64,000 bases of DNA from Octopus vulgaris. Lineage: Eukaryota. Below, one piece after another: positions 1-12,055 of the stretch. Below the pieces are notes generated by a model, which searched no databases, had not been told where the DNA came from, and saw only the letters and a list, made by a program, of their open reading frames with translations. The translations under genes and the position numbers were made by a program. The DNA is taken from positions 11,470,001 through 11,534,000 of the forward strand of contig OX597823.1 in the NCBI GenBank assembly GCA_951406725.2, in the 5' to 3' direction. The first letter of the stretch is position 1. Each line of letters opens with the position of its first letter.

Positions 1-43
1 CAGTCAAATGACTGAAACAAGTAGAAGAGTAAAGAGTAAAGAG
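1..43 (+). mobile_element. 3' tail of SINE family A (continues upstream of window)
   Basis: CAGTCAAATGACTGAAACAAGTAGAAGAGTAAAGAG matches the 3' end of the full family A copies elsewhere in the window. Confidence 0.8.
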
Positions 44-1515
44 ATGATAAACTAATAATGTTGAGTATTGAAAATCATGGCAAAATACAGTCAGTCGAAT
101 GCAAGATAAATGAAGTATACATAGGTATACGTAATAATGTATATATAGATAGATGGAGATATCTGTGTATATAGAATGAAGTCTACATGCATATGCATTT
201 ATATGCTGAGTCAGTTCATACTGTGGTTAATAGGGGCAGCAATAAACATAATCATATCATAATCATATATATCATGAGTAAGCCTGCTCCTCTCCAACAT
301 ATACCAGCAAGAAGTTATGAACATAGTATTAACATTTTAGAGTGCTGACTACATATTTTAAACTATTTTAGTGTTGAGGATCTAGGCCACAAGAACAAAA
401 GCAAGGAGTGACTCTATAAAAAAACTCTTTTGTGGCTGTTTTTACAGTATTCCACAGGCATATCTGTTTAATAGCTGCAGGTAGGGCTGTAAAAAGTTTC
501 CTTCTCAAATCTGTAGCTTCAGATTCAGTCCCACTGTGTAATGATTTGGGTGAGTGTCTTGTAGTGTAACCCCAGGACTTGTTAATGAATTTGAAAGACA
601 GACTCTTCTGAAAGGAGCCTGCCTTGTGTGCATGCATCTGTGCATATATTTTTTGCTGCTTCTTAACATCACACAATAGTTGTAAAGTGGTGTTGCTCTC
701 ATCCGAGGAGTGTCATTTATTTTCAGTCTTATGTGAAAACATGTCTAGCTATGAGGAAATACCATCTTTCTTGGAAACAGTTAAGGGTTAGCTACAAGAA
801 GGGCTTTAGAAAATCTGTCTCAGAAAATTCTGTCTGACCCATGCAAGCATGGAAAAGTAGTCATTAAAACCATGATGCTATTGTGTGTCTGTGTGTGTGA
901 GTGTGTGTGATATCTATCCTTCCATCATCATCATCAATAATAATTAAAAATGCTATATTCTATGCTGGCATGGCTTGGATAGTTCAACAGGATCTTTGTA
1001 GCCTGAGTAGTGCGTTAAGTCTCCAGTGCCTGTTTTGGCATAGTCTCTATGGCTCAATGCCCTTCCTAATGCCACTCTACAGAGTGTACTGGGTCTTTTT
1101 TCATGGCAACAACACTAGCAAGGTAACTAAGTAACTTACAAGGCAAAATTCCTTGTCAGAGTGAGGGTTCTTTTTTTTTTTTTTGAAGGCGGTGGCTTTG
1201 TGCCAGATATTGAGAGGATAGAGTATGATAAAGGGAGTGTAACAAGCATCTTGCTGTAGGGAGAAAGGATGGTGGACATTAGATATGATGGCTTACCTTC
1301 AAAGTACAAAAAGTTAGAGAATAGGGACAGAAAATTGAAGTTGGTTGGCTGGGCGGGCAGGTTCACAAGAGTGTGAAAGGATTGGGACATAATAGGACAA
1401 AAGTCAAAGTAGTGAATAATGAACATTGATGGAGGCATGGGAAATGGTGAATCTCAAATTTTGGGGAATGTAAGGTCAAGAGGAGTAGGTCATGGAGGAG
1501 GAAGTAGAGGTCGAC

Positions 1516-1768
1516 TTTGGTAGACGGAAACTGAATGAAGCCTGTCATATATATATATATATATATATATGTTTGTGTGTTTGTTCCCCCCCTCCAACAT
1601 CGCTTGACAACAGATGTTGGTGTGTTTATGTCCCCGTAACTTAGCAGTTCAGTTAGAGAGACCGATAGAATAAATACTAGGTTTACAATAAGTCCTGAGG
1701 TCGATCTGTTTGACTAAAGGCAGTGCTCCAGCATGGCCACAGTCAGATGACTGAAACAAATAAAAGAA
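1516..1768 (+). mobile_element. SINE family A, 5'-truncated copy
   Basis: TTTGGTAGACGGAAACTG...central (TA)n...GCTCCAGCATGGCCACAGTCAGATGACTGAAACAA shared with other family A copies. Confidence 0.8.
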
Positions 1769-1914
1769 TATAATTAGAGCAGCTACTACTGTAGTTTCAG
1801 GTGAAGAGAGGGATAAGTGTATGAATATGAGTTACTGTGAAGGCCTGTGGGATACAAATTGGATGCAGATTCTTAGAAATTAATGATATGCTTTTAAGGA
1901 CTCCAGTTTTACTG

Positions 1915-2270
1915 AGATGGGACTTGTCTTCTTGAACATAGTGAATCGCCATTTATCTCGCTCCTTTGTCATCTGTGTGCAGCTCAACAGGCTGAAGCTC
2001 AACATCACTACTTTGCTCCATGTCTTCCTGGGTCTCTTTCTTCCATTAGTTACTGCCACATTTAGTAATACACATCACATGACCATACCATTGCAGTGTT
2101 TTCTCTTGCTCACTGTATTCGATGATTTTTATGCTCAGTTTTCTTCTCAACACATTTGCACTTTGTTGTACAAGCACACTGATGTTTATACATCCAGAAG
2201 AGTATGCTAACTTCAATTCTTCCTGGTCCTCACATATCCTTTGCATTCATGACCCATGTTTCATTACCAT
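1915..2270 (-). mobile_element. Degenerate RTE-clade LINE ORF C-terminal fragment
   Basis: Minus-strand translation contains LQWYGHV and RPRKTW motifs typical of RTE ORF C-termini; the frame is disrupted. Confidence 0.65.
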
Positions 2271-2271
2271 G

Positions 2272-2447
2272 CACGTAAAAAGCACCCACTACACTCACGG
2301 AGTGGTTGGCATTAGGAAGGGCATCCAGCCGTAGAAACACTGCCAGATCTGACTGGGCCTGATGCAGCCTTCCGGATTCACAGACCCCAGTTGAACCATC
2401 CAACCCATGCTAGCATGGAAAACGGACGCTAAATGATGATGATGATG
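2272..2447 (+). mobile_element. Family C: 5'-truncated non-LTR 3' end with (GAT)n tail (probably RTE 3'UTR)
   Basis: CACGTAAAAAGCACCCACTACACTCACGGAGTGGTTGGC...CATGCTAGCATGGAAA...(GAT)n. Copies share the 3' end, have variable 5' ends and lack a tRNA head. Confidence 0.75.
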
Positions 2448-2806
2448 TAGCATTACTGTTTGTTCACTGACATCATACAATCTGCTTTTCACCTTGAAGG
2501 GGGCAGCTTTTTTGTTATCGACAGTGGTAACAGCTCTGTGGACTTTCTCTGGCAGTTTCATATTCTAGCAACTATGCTTTCAAAACATCCTCATCCACTG
2601 CTAATTAGTTTACTTAGGTAACAGAAACAATCTACTTCTGAGACTCCTCCTGGTGAGTCACGGAAATGTATTAGTATAGTGTTCTTAGTGTTTATTGTGC
2701 CATTCATCTACCACAAACAAAGTCTACATTCTGTGTTAACCTCCCTGTGATTCCATTGCATCTCTTGTGATGCATGTCCTTAGTTTGCACTGGATACACT
2801 ATATGG

Positions 2807-3190
2807 GTGGAGGTGCAATGGCCCAGTGGTTAGGGCAGTGGACTCGCGGTCGAAGGATCACAGTTTCGACTCCCAGACCGGGCGTTGTGAGTGTTTATTG
2901 AGCGAAAATACCTAAAAGCTCCACGAGGCTCCGGCAGGGATGGTGGTGATCCCTGCTGTACTCTTTCACCACAACTTTCTCTCACTCTTACTTCCTGTTT
3001 CTGTTGTACCTGTATTTCAAAGGGCCGGCCTTGTCACTCTCTGTGTCACGCTAAATATCCCCGAGAACTACGTTAAGGGTACACATGTCTGTGGAGTGCT
3101 CAGCCACTTACACGTTAATTTCACGAGCAGGCTGTTCCGCTGATCAGATCAACCGGAACCCTCGTCGTCGTAACCGATGGAGTGCTTCCA
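2807..3190 (+). mobile_element. tRNA-derived SINE family B, full length with 11-bp TSD
   Basis: A-box-like TGGCCCAGTGG and B-box-like GTTTCGACTCC; TSD ACACTATATGG at 2796-2806 and 3191-3201; near-identical copy at 59489. Confidence 0.9.
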
Positions 3191-3219
3191 ACACTATATG
3201 GAATTATTATCTACACCAT

Positions 3220-3470
3220 TTTTTCATATTGAGCAGGGCCCTTTTCCTGACAGTATTAGCATACTGTCTATTTTCCTGCTTGTCAGAACTTTGGTCTTCT
3301 CCAAATTAACTGAGGCCCTTTAACTCCAGATTTTTGCCTCCACATATGGAATTTTTTTGTAATTCTACTACAGATTCAGCTACAAAAACAAGATCATCAG
3401 CACAAAAAAAGTTCCCACAGGCAACTACTCATAAATTTCTCTGTTAGGACCTTCATGAATTGAGGAAACT
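3220..3470 (-). mobile_element. Degenerate RTE RT fragment
   Basis: Minus strand reads approximately CLWEL..ADDLVFVAES with a frameshift. Confidence 0.5.
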
Positions 3471-4533
3471 GCTATAGTGGTATGTGATGTACCTTGTGAG
3501 CCACTGTTCCAAAAAAGAATTGTGCATGTGTGTGTATGTGTGTGCATGCGCGCGTATATGTGTATAGATATATGCGTATATATGTCTTGCGAGTTAGTTG
3601 GTAACCTCACTTATGCTGGTGCCATGTAATATGCACGCAGTAGACCCTGTGAAGTACCTAGCAGCCATCTGTAGAAGGACATCTATCTGTAGAAGCCATG
3701 CCAAAGCACACAGTCCTCTGCTCATCAGCTCCTGAGAAACCATAGAAAATGGATGTTAAATGATGATAATAAATGCATTTATATATTTTCTGGAAGACTG
3801 CAAGGGAAGATACCTTTCATTGTCAGCCTAAAATACTTTTTGTTTTGAATACAATGTCTATGACCACCACAGTTACATCCAGTGTGCATATAGTATGGTG
3901 TCTTAAATGCCATTTCAACTCACATTGCTACTTCTATGCAAGTCCGTGTTGCACATCTTACAGATCATATACTCTTGTGGCTTTTGAATTTTTGCAGAAA
4001 TTCTGTTTCCACGCACGCGAGTGTATGTGTGTGGATAGATATAGAGTTCCGTTCAAAACTGTAAACTGCACTTCATGTAGTCTTCTGAACCCTTGGGAAA
4101 GACATGTATATTGCAATATTCCGAGTCCTTCTCTGTAATTCTGAATTGTTTTGTCTGTTTAAGAGGAAATCATTTATTTCAAATGGTATGATGAGGATCA
4201 AAAGTTTTACCCACTATAATTTTTTTTTTTACTTGCTGGAAGTTATTGTGTTTTTGTTTTGAGGGGCAGTTAGGTTCCTTTTCTTTGCAATATGGCTTTT
4301 CTTTAATTCAATTTGTGTTTGCAATTCTTTTTAATTGACAAATAAGGAAATATATCGTACATGTGAAAATGCACTTATATTGTGACAATATAGACTTCCA
4401 TGCAACAGAAACCTTGAACCTCAAGAGAGGCATTTTCTCTTTGAGGTACATCACTTCTGCTGCTTAAAATATCTACTGTCATTCTGTTTCACAGATCACA
4501 AGTATTCTCCATGCTGTAGATCTGTTTAGATAC

Positions 4534-4636
4534 ATGGCAGCGATATTATTATTGTCATTGTTGTCGTGTCACCAGGGACTAGATATTTGGCTTGAACTGC
4601 ACTGCATTTCACTTGGCCTGTCTCTCGTTGCAACTG
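4534..4636 (+). CDS. Putative first coding exon (signal-peptide-like) of the LAR-family RPTP; exon 4495-4636
   Basis: Acceptor TTCTGTTTCACAG ends at 4494; ATG 4534 gives hydrophobic MAAILLLSLLSCHQG...LGLSLVAT; a phase-1 donor CTG|GTACTT at 4637 is compatible with the downstream exons. The donor is only moderately strong. Confidence 0.4.
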
Positions 4637-5407
4637 GTACTTTAAGCCATAGTAAGAACAGTTATTGCAGTGAATGTTGGTGGTTTAGAAGCTGCCTGAA
4701 CATAATGAAGAAAACATTGTCACTGAGAAATGCCAGTTGTTTTGGTCACTCACAAAATGCTAGGCAACATCTGAGAATACTAGTTTCTCAGATACTTCTA
4801 TCATGTCTTCTCACTATTTCTTTTACCAAAGTCTGTTTGGTACATTTAAGGTTCCTTTCTGTGTAAACCCACTGAAATTTCTTTTTATCATAATCTCCTT
4901 CCCTTCGTTGCCTTGATAAAGGAAAATATTTTATTTCATTCTTCTTATTTATTTACTTTTTTCTTCTTAACTGTCTCCCATAGCAACTCCCCTCTCTTCC
5001 AATATTTTCCTGATAATTACTAACTGAGAAGTTGAAGTTAAATGTTTATTGAATTGATATTTAACTTTATCTAAACATTAGTTTAGTTAATCCCCAATCG
5101 CAGTTCTTCAGTTCTCAGTGACCAATTTTATACATTCACTGCACAAATATGATAGAAATGTTGGTACACCCATCTTCCCTTTTTTTTCATTTTGCTATCA
5201 CTCGTAACCTTGTTATCGAATCTTTCTTTGTCACCTTGTTACTCCAAAGAGAAAGCATGGGGTATTTTACTATTCATTTGTGTATAGAAAAAGTACCTCT
5301 CTCAAAGCAGAAAGCCACTACTCTTTAAATCAATCAGTTGAAACAAATCATATATTCATATATAACATCACGTTACTAACACTTTGTCATATGTATTACA
5401 TATTCAG

Positions 5408-5449
5408 GTGCTAACTTAACCAACCTCCGGTATATCAGCTATTTAACAC
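5408..5449 (+). CDS. 42-nt phase 1-1 mini-exon upstream of Ig1 (xANLTNLRYISYLT-H)
   Basis: Perfect branch point TACTAAC 5374-5380, acceptor TATTCAG, donor C|GTAAGT, TGCATG at 5457-5462. Open only in phase 1; splicing to Ig1 gives H-P-P. Confidence 0.65.
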
Positions 5450-5866
5450 GTAAGTATGCATGGTCAGCATTAGAGAAGCAACTAAAATAAAATATTAAGC
5501 TATAGATGATAAAGGCCCTATTCAGTTATCCCATTAGTTACTCAGGCACATCATTTTAGTTAATATATTAATAATATTCCATTATTTTGCTTTTGCAAAA
5601 ATTTAGGTTATATATAAACAATGAAAAATGCAATTAACTGAAGTTTCTTCAAACGTTTATTATTGTTAAGTGTAATAAACTTTTCCTTTTCGGGTGGTAG
5701 GGTTGAGTTTGATAGTTTCCAGCTGATGATACTGTGTGTTACCGCAAGAATTCAAAATGGACAAGATGTGATTCCAAGTAATTTAAAGTTTTGATATCTG
5801 ATGCTTTTTTCGAGCTAAAATAATCTGGCTTACTTTAGATAGTTGAACTACAGACCCTTATGTGCA

Positions 5867-5911
<45 letters not shown>

Positions 5912-6646
5912 GCATACATAATGTCCAATACTTATTTGGAAAAGCTATGGTTGAATTTTATAATGCTGTCCATTGTAAGGCCTCCATTTAACATATTGTT
6001 TGGATATTAGACAACTAAGTTGGATATAGGTGATTGTAAATAACGTTTATTTTCATCAACTCCACTTCATAAATTTGCTGACCTAAAATATGAACCCCAA
6101 GACTTTTCCTCATCTAAAAATATTATCATTTCTTTCAGTTCTTTTGAATGTATTTTGAAATATTGCTATTTGAAACTAATTTTGCAGCCAAAATAAACAG
6201 ATTTTTGCAATTTCAGATACCCAACTTATTCGTCTAATATTGTATGTGTTTTTTTTTTTTTATTATTATCATTATTTCAGTTAAGTATTAAATAGCTGTT
6301 TTTGTTGCCACAAATTCAGTGATTAAAATTTTTGTTATATCTTAAAAAAATAACATGTAATAACTGTATACCTAAAGATCAACATTGTCACTGTTTTTAG
6401 TAAATTCTCTGAAAGTATTTTTGTAGTGATTAATTCTAGACAATGTTAGCAAAAGATCTTCTTTGACTTGAATGTCAGTTATTTCATGATATTGCCTAAG
6501 ATTTAACAAAAATTTTAGTTGTTGTTTTTGTGTGCTTCAGTTTATTTTACTTATCTTTACTTTTTTTCATTTTTGGTGTTTAGTTGTTTGCTCATATTCT
6601 GGTTCCATGGATTAGAAATATTAAGAATCTCATTTGTTTCTTGCAG

Positions 6647-6940
6647 ATCCACCAAAAATTACACTTGCTCCAAAAAACCAAAGAGTGGCCGAAGAAAAAA
6701 TTGTAAGCTTTTTTTGTAAAGCTTCAGGAAATCCTGGCCCATCATTTTCATGGAGAAAAGGAAGTCGCCGCATTAGTATAAATAGAAACCGTTTGGTTAT
6801 AAAGGAAATGCCACATGGGTCTGTATTGAGAATTGAGCCAGTTAAAAAAAAGGATGCCGGTAGTTATTATTGCATTGCTGACAATGGTATAGGAGCAAAA
6901 GCTAAGGCAAATGCAACTTTGGAAGTCTTTTCAAAAATAG
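6647..6940 (+). CDS. Lar: Ig1 (I-set) exon of a LAR-family receptor protein tyrosine phosphatase (PTPRF/PTPRD/PTPRS-like)
   Basis: 294-nt exon between TTTCTTGCAG and GTGAGT, phase 1-1. PPKI..PKNQ.V....VSFFCKASGNP.P.FSWRKG...SVLRIEPV...D...Y.CIADNGIG...A.ATL closely parallels my recollection of Drosophila Lar and vertebrate LAR Ig1. Confidence 0.88.
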
Positions 6941-7956
6941 GTGAGTGATATATTTTCTAAATATGCAAATTTTCTTCTTTGGAAAGATTTTTTTTAAGAA
7001 CTTTCTTTGGATGTAAGTTTATTTGTGTAGTATAGAAAAAGTTTGTCAGAAACTTTTAGATTTTTACAGAAATAAAGAAAATGTAATAATAATAGTAATA
7101 ATAATTGATGTCTTCTTGGCAGGACAGATTTAAATACATTTGTGTTGAAAGAATTTGGAAAACTAATCAGCTAGGATATACATGATGAATATTTTATGTG
7201 AAACAAATGATTTTTCTTAGAATCTTTGACAATTCAATATTGTCTGTGATGGAAGTTATGTGAACAAAAGTAGATTTTCTGAAAAAAAAAAATGCTATAT
7301 TGTATTGACAGTTTATTTAAGATATAATAAAACAGAGTGTATCTATCAAGATATGAAAAAATTCATCAAAAAGTAACTATTATTGCAAGTTTAGAAGTAA
7401 TTAAGTTCTGTGAAGTCTATCACTTTTGAGAGTCATATGTAAATATTAAATTTTAAGATTCATTCTTTTCAGGAATATTTGATGGCCTTTTTTTTTTACA
7501 GAATAATTATTTTTGTTTTGTTATTATGAATTTTGTTTGAATTGTTGAAAATAATAATAAAAAAAAAGAATTGTGTTCTATAATGTCAACCAATGTTGCC
7601 CTCATAAGTGAATGTTTTTATGTTGCTGACCATTCTTGATGCAGTGCCATTTTTCAATTGTTCACATTGTGAAACATTGTAAATTATGTATATATTTATT
7701 TATTTTTAATTTTCATTCTTTGTTACTATCATTAATATAGATTTTGAATCTTTACATACTTTTCAAAGACATTTTTCTGATATTCAGAAATCATATAGCA
7801 AAAGAGTTAAGTAATTGCTGAAATTTTTTGGTATCACAAAGAATAGAAGATAGCTTACAGTAGCATCATATTACCTTGGTCTGTGGTATCTTTGACACAA
7901 ACCAAATTAACTGGGGTATTGTTAATCTATGAATTTTTCTCACTCTTCTTTTTCAG

Positions 7957-7980
7957 AATATAGATATATAGACATTTTTA
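7957..7980 (+). CDS. Candidate 24-nt phase 1-1 micro-exon (EYRYIDIF) after Ig1
   Basis: Long pyrimidine tract TTTTTCTCACTCTTCTTTTTCAG, donor A|GTGAGT; phases 0 and 2 contain TAG, phase 1 is open. Confidence 0.55.
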
Positions 7981-8029
7981 GTGAGTAAAAGAACGTAGAA
8001 TTTGTCATTCATAAACATTATTGTTTCAT

Positions 8030-8480
8030 CATAGGCCAGCCCTGATTGAACAAACCTAGGATCAAAGGTGTTCCAGGTGTGACCATTGAGTCATTTCTTT
8101 TTTCAGACTATCTAAGATTACTTTACCCAGTGTATCTTCCCCTTTTTCTTTTTTTATATTTATAGACAATAGGGTTTCATGGCAGGTTGTTATTTCTAGC
8201 CAACCATGTAACTGTGTAGAGGTTATCTTACTGGCTTATAACTAAGAAACTTACTGAAGTTTAACCCCCGATTGGCCCTGGTTGAACAGGGCAGTAATCA
8301 AGGTTTTTCCAGCTATGTTTATTCAGTATTTTCTGTTTTCCGACATAGCGCAATACACAGTTAAGTTTAATATATTTTGGACTATATCATCCAATATGTA
8401 ATTTTTTTAAAAGATAGAATGTAATCTGAAAGAGATTGGGCTGTTATCTCTTGTAGATCAAGTAATCATGTAGATATTGC
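8030..8480 (+). repeat. Two tandem diverged copies of old interspersed repeat family G
   Basis: CAGCCCTGATTGAAC...GATCAAAGG..TTCCAG..GTGACC...GGCTG(C/T)TATTTCTAGC motif set recurs about a dozen times in the window. Confidence 0.6.
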
Positions 8481-9399
8481 TTTTGAGCTTTTTTTATAGT
8501 TGTTGATATTAATAGTCCATATGATTAATACAAAATTTCATCTCAGTTAACCATGTTCTATGTGCTTCAGTGAAGTAGTGGTAAGCTAATAAATCAAGCA
8601 TTTAACCTTTTACCACTTCACTGAAGTGTAATACATATACATATATTTGTCTGTCTGTCTGTCTGTTGTCTGTCTGTTCAATCTCAAGTGGTCATTTTAT
8701 TTTGACTTCAAACTTGCTGCCTGTAAGTCCTTATCTTAAAAAGCTACTTCTGGCTTCTTTAAGTGGAATATAATTTAATCAATACTCTGCAGTGGGGAAG
8801 AGGGAAGCAAATTATCCAATTCCATGCAAATTCAATCAGTTTTCTATTAATGTTTTTGACATTTTTGTTTTTGTCTCCTTCACTGTCAAATCAGTTTAGA
8901 GGACATTTGGAGAATATTAAGTTAATTCATTAAAAAATTTAGAACTTTTTTTTAACACTGCCTAAATTTTACAAATAAATAATTTCATCGTAAAACTTTA
9001 GCTTATATACTGTTGAGCATAGCTTTGTTGGTGGGACTATCACAAAGTTCTCATGATAGGGCTTATGAAATTTAAATTATTGCCAGGCAGAAAAAAAAAT
9101 TTTATTTTCCTCTTACCCCCATCTCCTGCAAGTTGCATTTAAGGCAGAGTATTCATTGTTTGAACTGATATGTTTTTATAAATATCTAGGGATATTTACA
9201 TGTAAAAAGCACCCAGTCCACTCTGTAAAGTGGTTGGTAATAGGAAGTGCATCTAGCTGCAAAAGCTATGCCAAAGTAGACAATGGAGCTCGGTGCAGTC
9301 CTCTGACTCGCCAACTCCTGTCAAACCATCCATCTACCATTCCTTAGGATATCAAAAGGTAGAACCAACCTGCCCCCACCAAAAAAATAAAAAAAATCC

Positions 9400-10200
9400 C
9401 GAACTCACTGCTCTTCTCAAATATTTGAGGCCTTCTTGAGGCCAACCTGGATCCCATACATCACCCCTTACTCACATGCAAATCTAGACATACATAGATT
9501 TTGTTCTATCTGCTACTCCTCTTATCTGGATTTCAGAAATTGATTTTCAGTTTCTCCAACTCAAAGTCTCCATTTATCATTCTTTAAAATACATCTCTCT
9601 ATACAGCTTTCTGTACTTCTCAAAACACCAGCAAATACCACACATCACCCCTTTCTGAAGTCATTGTTCTTGGTGATGAGGAATTACACAACTTCTCAGA
9701 GGTGTCACACTCATCCCATACTGATGCTACTAGTGCATAAGCCAAATCTTTTGTTGTTCCCAATTACTTACTTCAATTTGTTTTATTCCCAACTTACACT
9801 CCAGACTGACAGACAGATCACCTTGAATACTTCTTATACATCTCGAAATTTAATTATTATGAAACCACTTTTGCTCTCAACTTTGCATCCAACTCCACAC
9901 TACATACTCTTGGCCAGTCACTTATAAATCTATTTCCTTCCCACTCATTTACTGTCACAGCCAACAACATCTGCTCTTAAGTAGATGATATAACCCTTTG
10001 TCCTGCCTAACCTTCCTCATACATCATTCACAGACAACCTAGACACCACATGCAAAGTTTGCACTGATTCCATGGAGACCTTGAATGGATCCTCCAGTTG
10101 AGCTTAAAACAACATAAAAAAAAGTTGATTCTCAATATTGCACCACAAAACCTTAAACATGAGTTGCAAGCAGATAAATGCTGCTTGGTCGCTCAAAATG
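9400..10200 (+). mobile_element. Highly decayed LINE RT remnant
   Basis: Near 9957-10000 reads TANNICS*VDDITL (decayed YADD) followed by DLEWILQ; boundaries are uncertain. Confidence 0.35.
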
Positions 10201-10289
10201 TAACACTACACACATCCAACATACACCACACACACACACACACACATATATAAAACCTTATAAATTTATATGACTGCATGTTGTGAGAC

Positions 10290-10545
10290 ATGCTGTGGTG
10301 GGTTTTGCACGAACATGGGATTAATGAGCAACTTCAGTTGCCATGAAGACCCGATACGAATGCCAAAATATTTATTTTTGGGTAAATGGGGCTAAATTGA
10401 AGCCTTTGAACCTGTGTGTTGAACTTTGGCAGGTATGCATACTGCCACCTCTTTTTATAATTTTCACAAATTGACTTAACATGCACAGCCATCGTGGAAA
10501 TGGTATCATAGTCAAAGGGTGTAGGATTGGTCAGCTGATATATAC
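10290..10545 (+). mobile_element. Decayed RTE-like RT fragment
   Basis: Reads LWWVLHEHGI...VELWQVCILPPLFIIF, resembling the GLRQGCVLSPLLF motif region. Confidence 0.4.
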
Positions 10546-10823
10546 TCTAACAACATGCAGCTACATGTCTTATTAGAAGGTTCTGTTCCCACAAGCACTG
10601 AATAGACTCCTTGCCAAGTGCTGCAAGGCAGAGATAATTAGTGATATGAAGACTGGTTAGTCCTATCAAGAAAGTCTTTTCAGTGATGGGATGCAGGATG
10701 CTGAATAGAATGCTAGAAATGCTTGTGCAAGCACAGTAATGCACAAGCTCTAGTATTCAATCTTCAGAAGAGTTGGTAAGTTCGTAAGCAATCCAAACTC
10801 ACTATCTTCATTTCTGTTTTTAT

Positions 10824-11008
10824 ACGTAAAAAGCACCCACTACACTCACGGAGTGGTTGGCATTAGGAAGGGCATCCAGCCGTAGAAACACTGCCAGATA
10901 AGACTGGAGCCTGGTGCAGCCTTCTGGCTTCCCAGATCCCCGGTCGAACCGTCCAACCCATCCTAGCATGGAGAATGGATGTTAAACGTTGATGATGATG
11001 ATGATGAT
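10824..11008 (+). mobile_element. Family C copy
   Basis: Same body and (GAT)n tail as 2272-2447. Confidence 0.75.
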
Positions 11009-11039
11009 ACCTCTCTTCATCCATGGTTATGCATATCAC

Positions 11040-12055
11040 TACATATCTTTTACACATCTCTAGGGAGTAGAGCTTCAGTTCTTTTAGCCTTTCTCAGTAA
11101 CTCATTTGTTTCACCAAGTCAGTCTTCTTTGTGCAGTGGCTCTGGATTGCTTCAAGTTCCTTAACCCTTTCGTTACCAACCCGGCTGAAACCAGCTCTGG
11201 CTCTGAGTACAAATGTCTTATTTTCATGAGTTTTGCACTAAAATCTTCCACCAAACCTTAGTCACACTTTATGTTCCTAACACTAGCTTAATGATAACTA
11301 AGTTAATTTACTAAATTCTTTGTTATATTTAAAGTAATTGAAAGAAACACAGAGCATCTCAACAGAAATACATTAGCAAAAGGGTTAACTAGTTTGATGC
11401 CCTAGAGTGATCACAGTTGGGAGCAGTAATCCAGACAACTCAGAAGAAAAGTTTTCCATAGGAGTAGCATGGTATTGTTTGTTCCTGGTTCTGAATGATT
11501 TCAGAATCCATCCAGCAACAACTTCCCTGCACAATGTTGCCATTTTGGTAATATGCCCATAGAATTTTACATCATTACTCCCGTGAGTTCCCAAGTGATA
11601 CACCACTCTAACTCAGGAATTGCACTACTCTGTATTGCGATTATAGTGTTGAAGTGCTTGAACCTTCTCAGGATTGAATCTTCATGTTGCTTTCATCAGC
11701 CCATTTGTATATTGCATTCAGGTAATTTTGCCATATTAGTATGTCATCAGTGTCCTTGAATGCTTCTGCTTCATTTGTATCATAAGCATAGCTTATGTAT
11801 CATAAGTATAGGTTTGTATCATCAGCATAGCTGGTGAGAGTGCTTGACTGTGTAGCTGATGGAAGGACTCTGAGAAGCACCGCAGCAGTAACAGTCTCAG
11901 TACAGTTCCACGAGGGACTCCGCTGTGAATTGATGTCTCTCCACAGAGAGAAAACCAATTGTCCCACAGCTGCCTTTTAAAAAGTCATGCAGCCTCTCTT
12001 TTATTTTTCCAGCAATGCTAAGGTCATGCAGTTTGTGACATTACCATCCCATGAT
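11040..12055 (-). mobile_element. CR1/L2-group LINE RT remnant interrupted by a MITE
   Basis: Minus strand SGVPRGTVL (~11901-11924), SYADDT (~11815-11832) and GWILKSFRTRNK; contains stops and frameshifts. Confidence 0.75.
11161..11388. mobile_element. TTAA-flanked MITE family E1 (piggyBac-like)
   Basis: TTAA-CCCTTT...AAAGGG-TTAA termini, 228 bp; similar copies at 25287 and 35672. Confidence 0.85.

Noticed and set aside
2807-2885. tRNA-like heads of SINE families A, B and D as tRNA genes
   Set aside because: They have A/B boxes but no complete cloverleaf, and they continue into SINE bodies, some with TSDs.
5723-5767. 45-nt phase-1 open segment between CAG and GTGATT
   Set aside because: Poor pyrimidine tract and weak donor; likely chance.
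6217-6241. Short AG...GT segments (also 32751-32776, 36048-36063, 49058-49076, 8689-8722)
   Set aside because: The lengths are not multiples of 3, or they contain a phase-1 stop.
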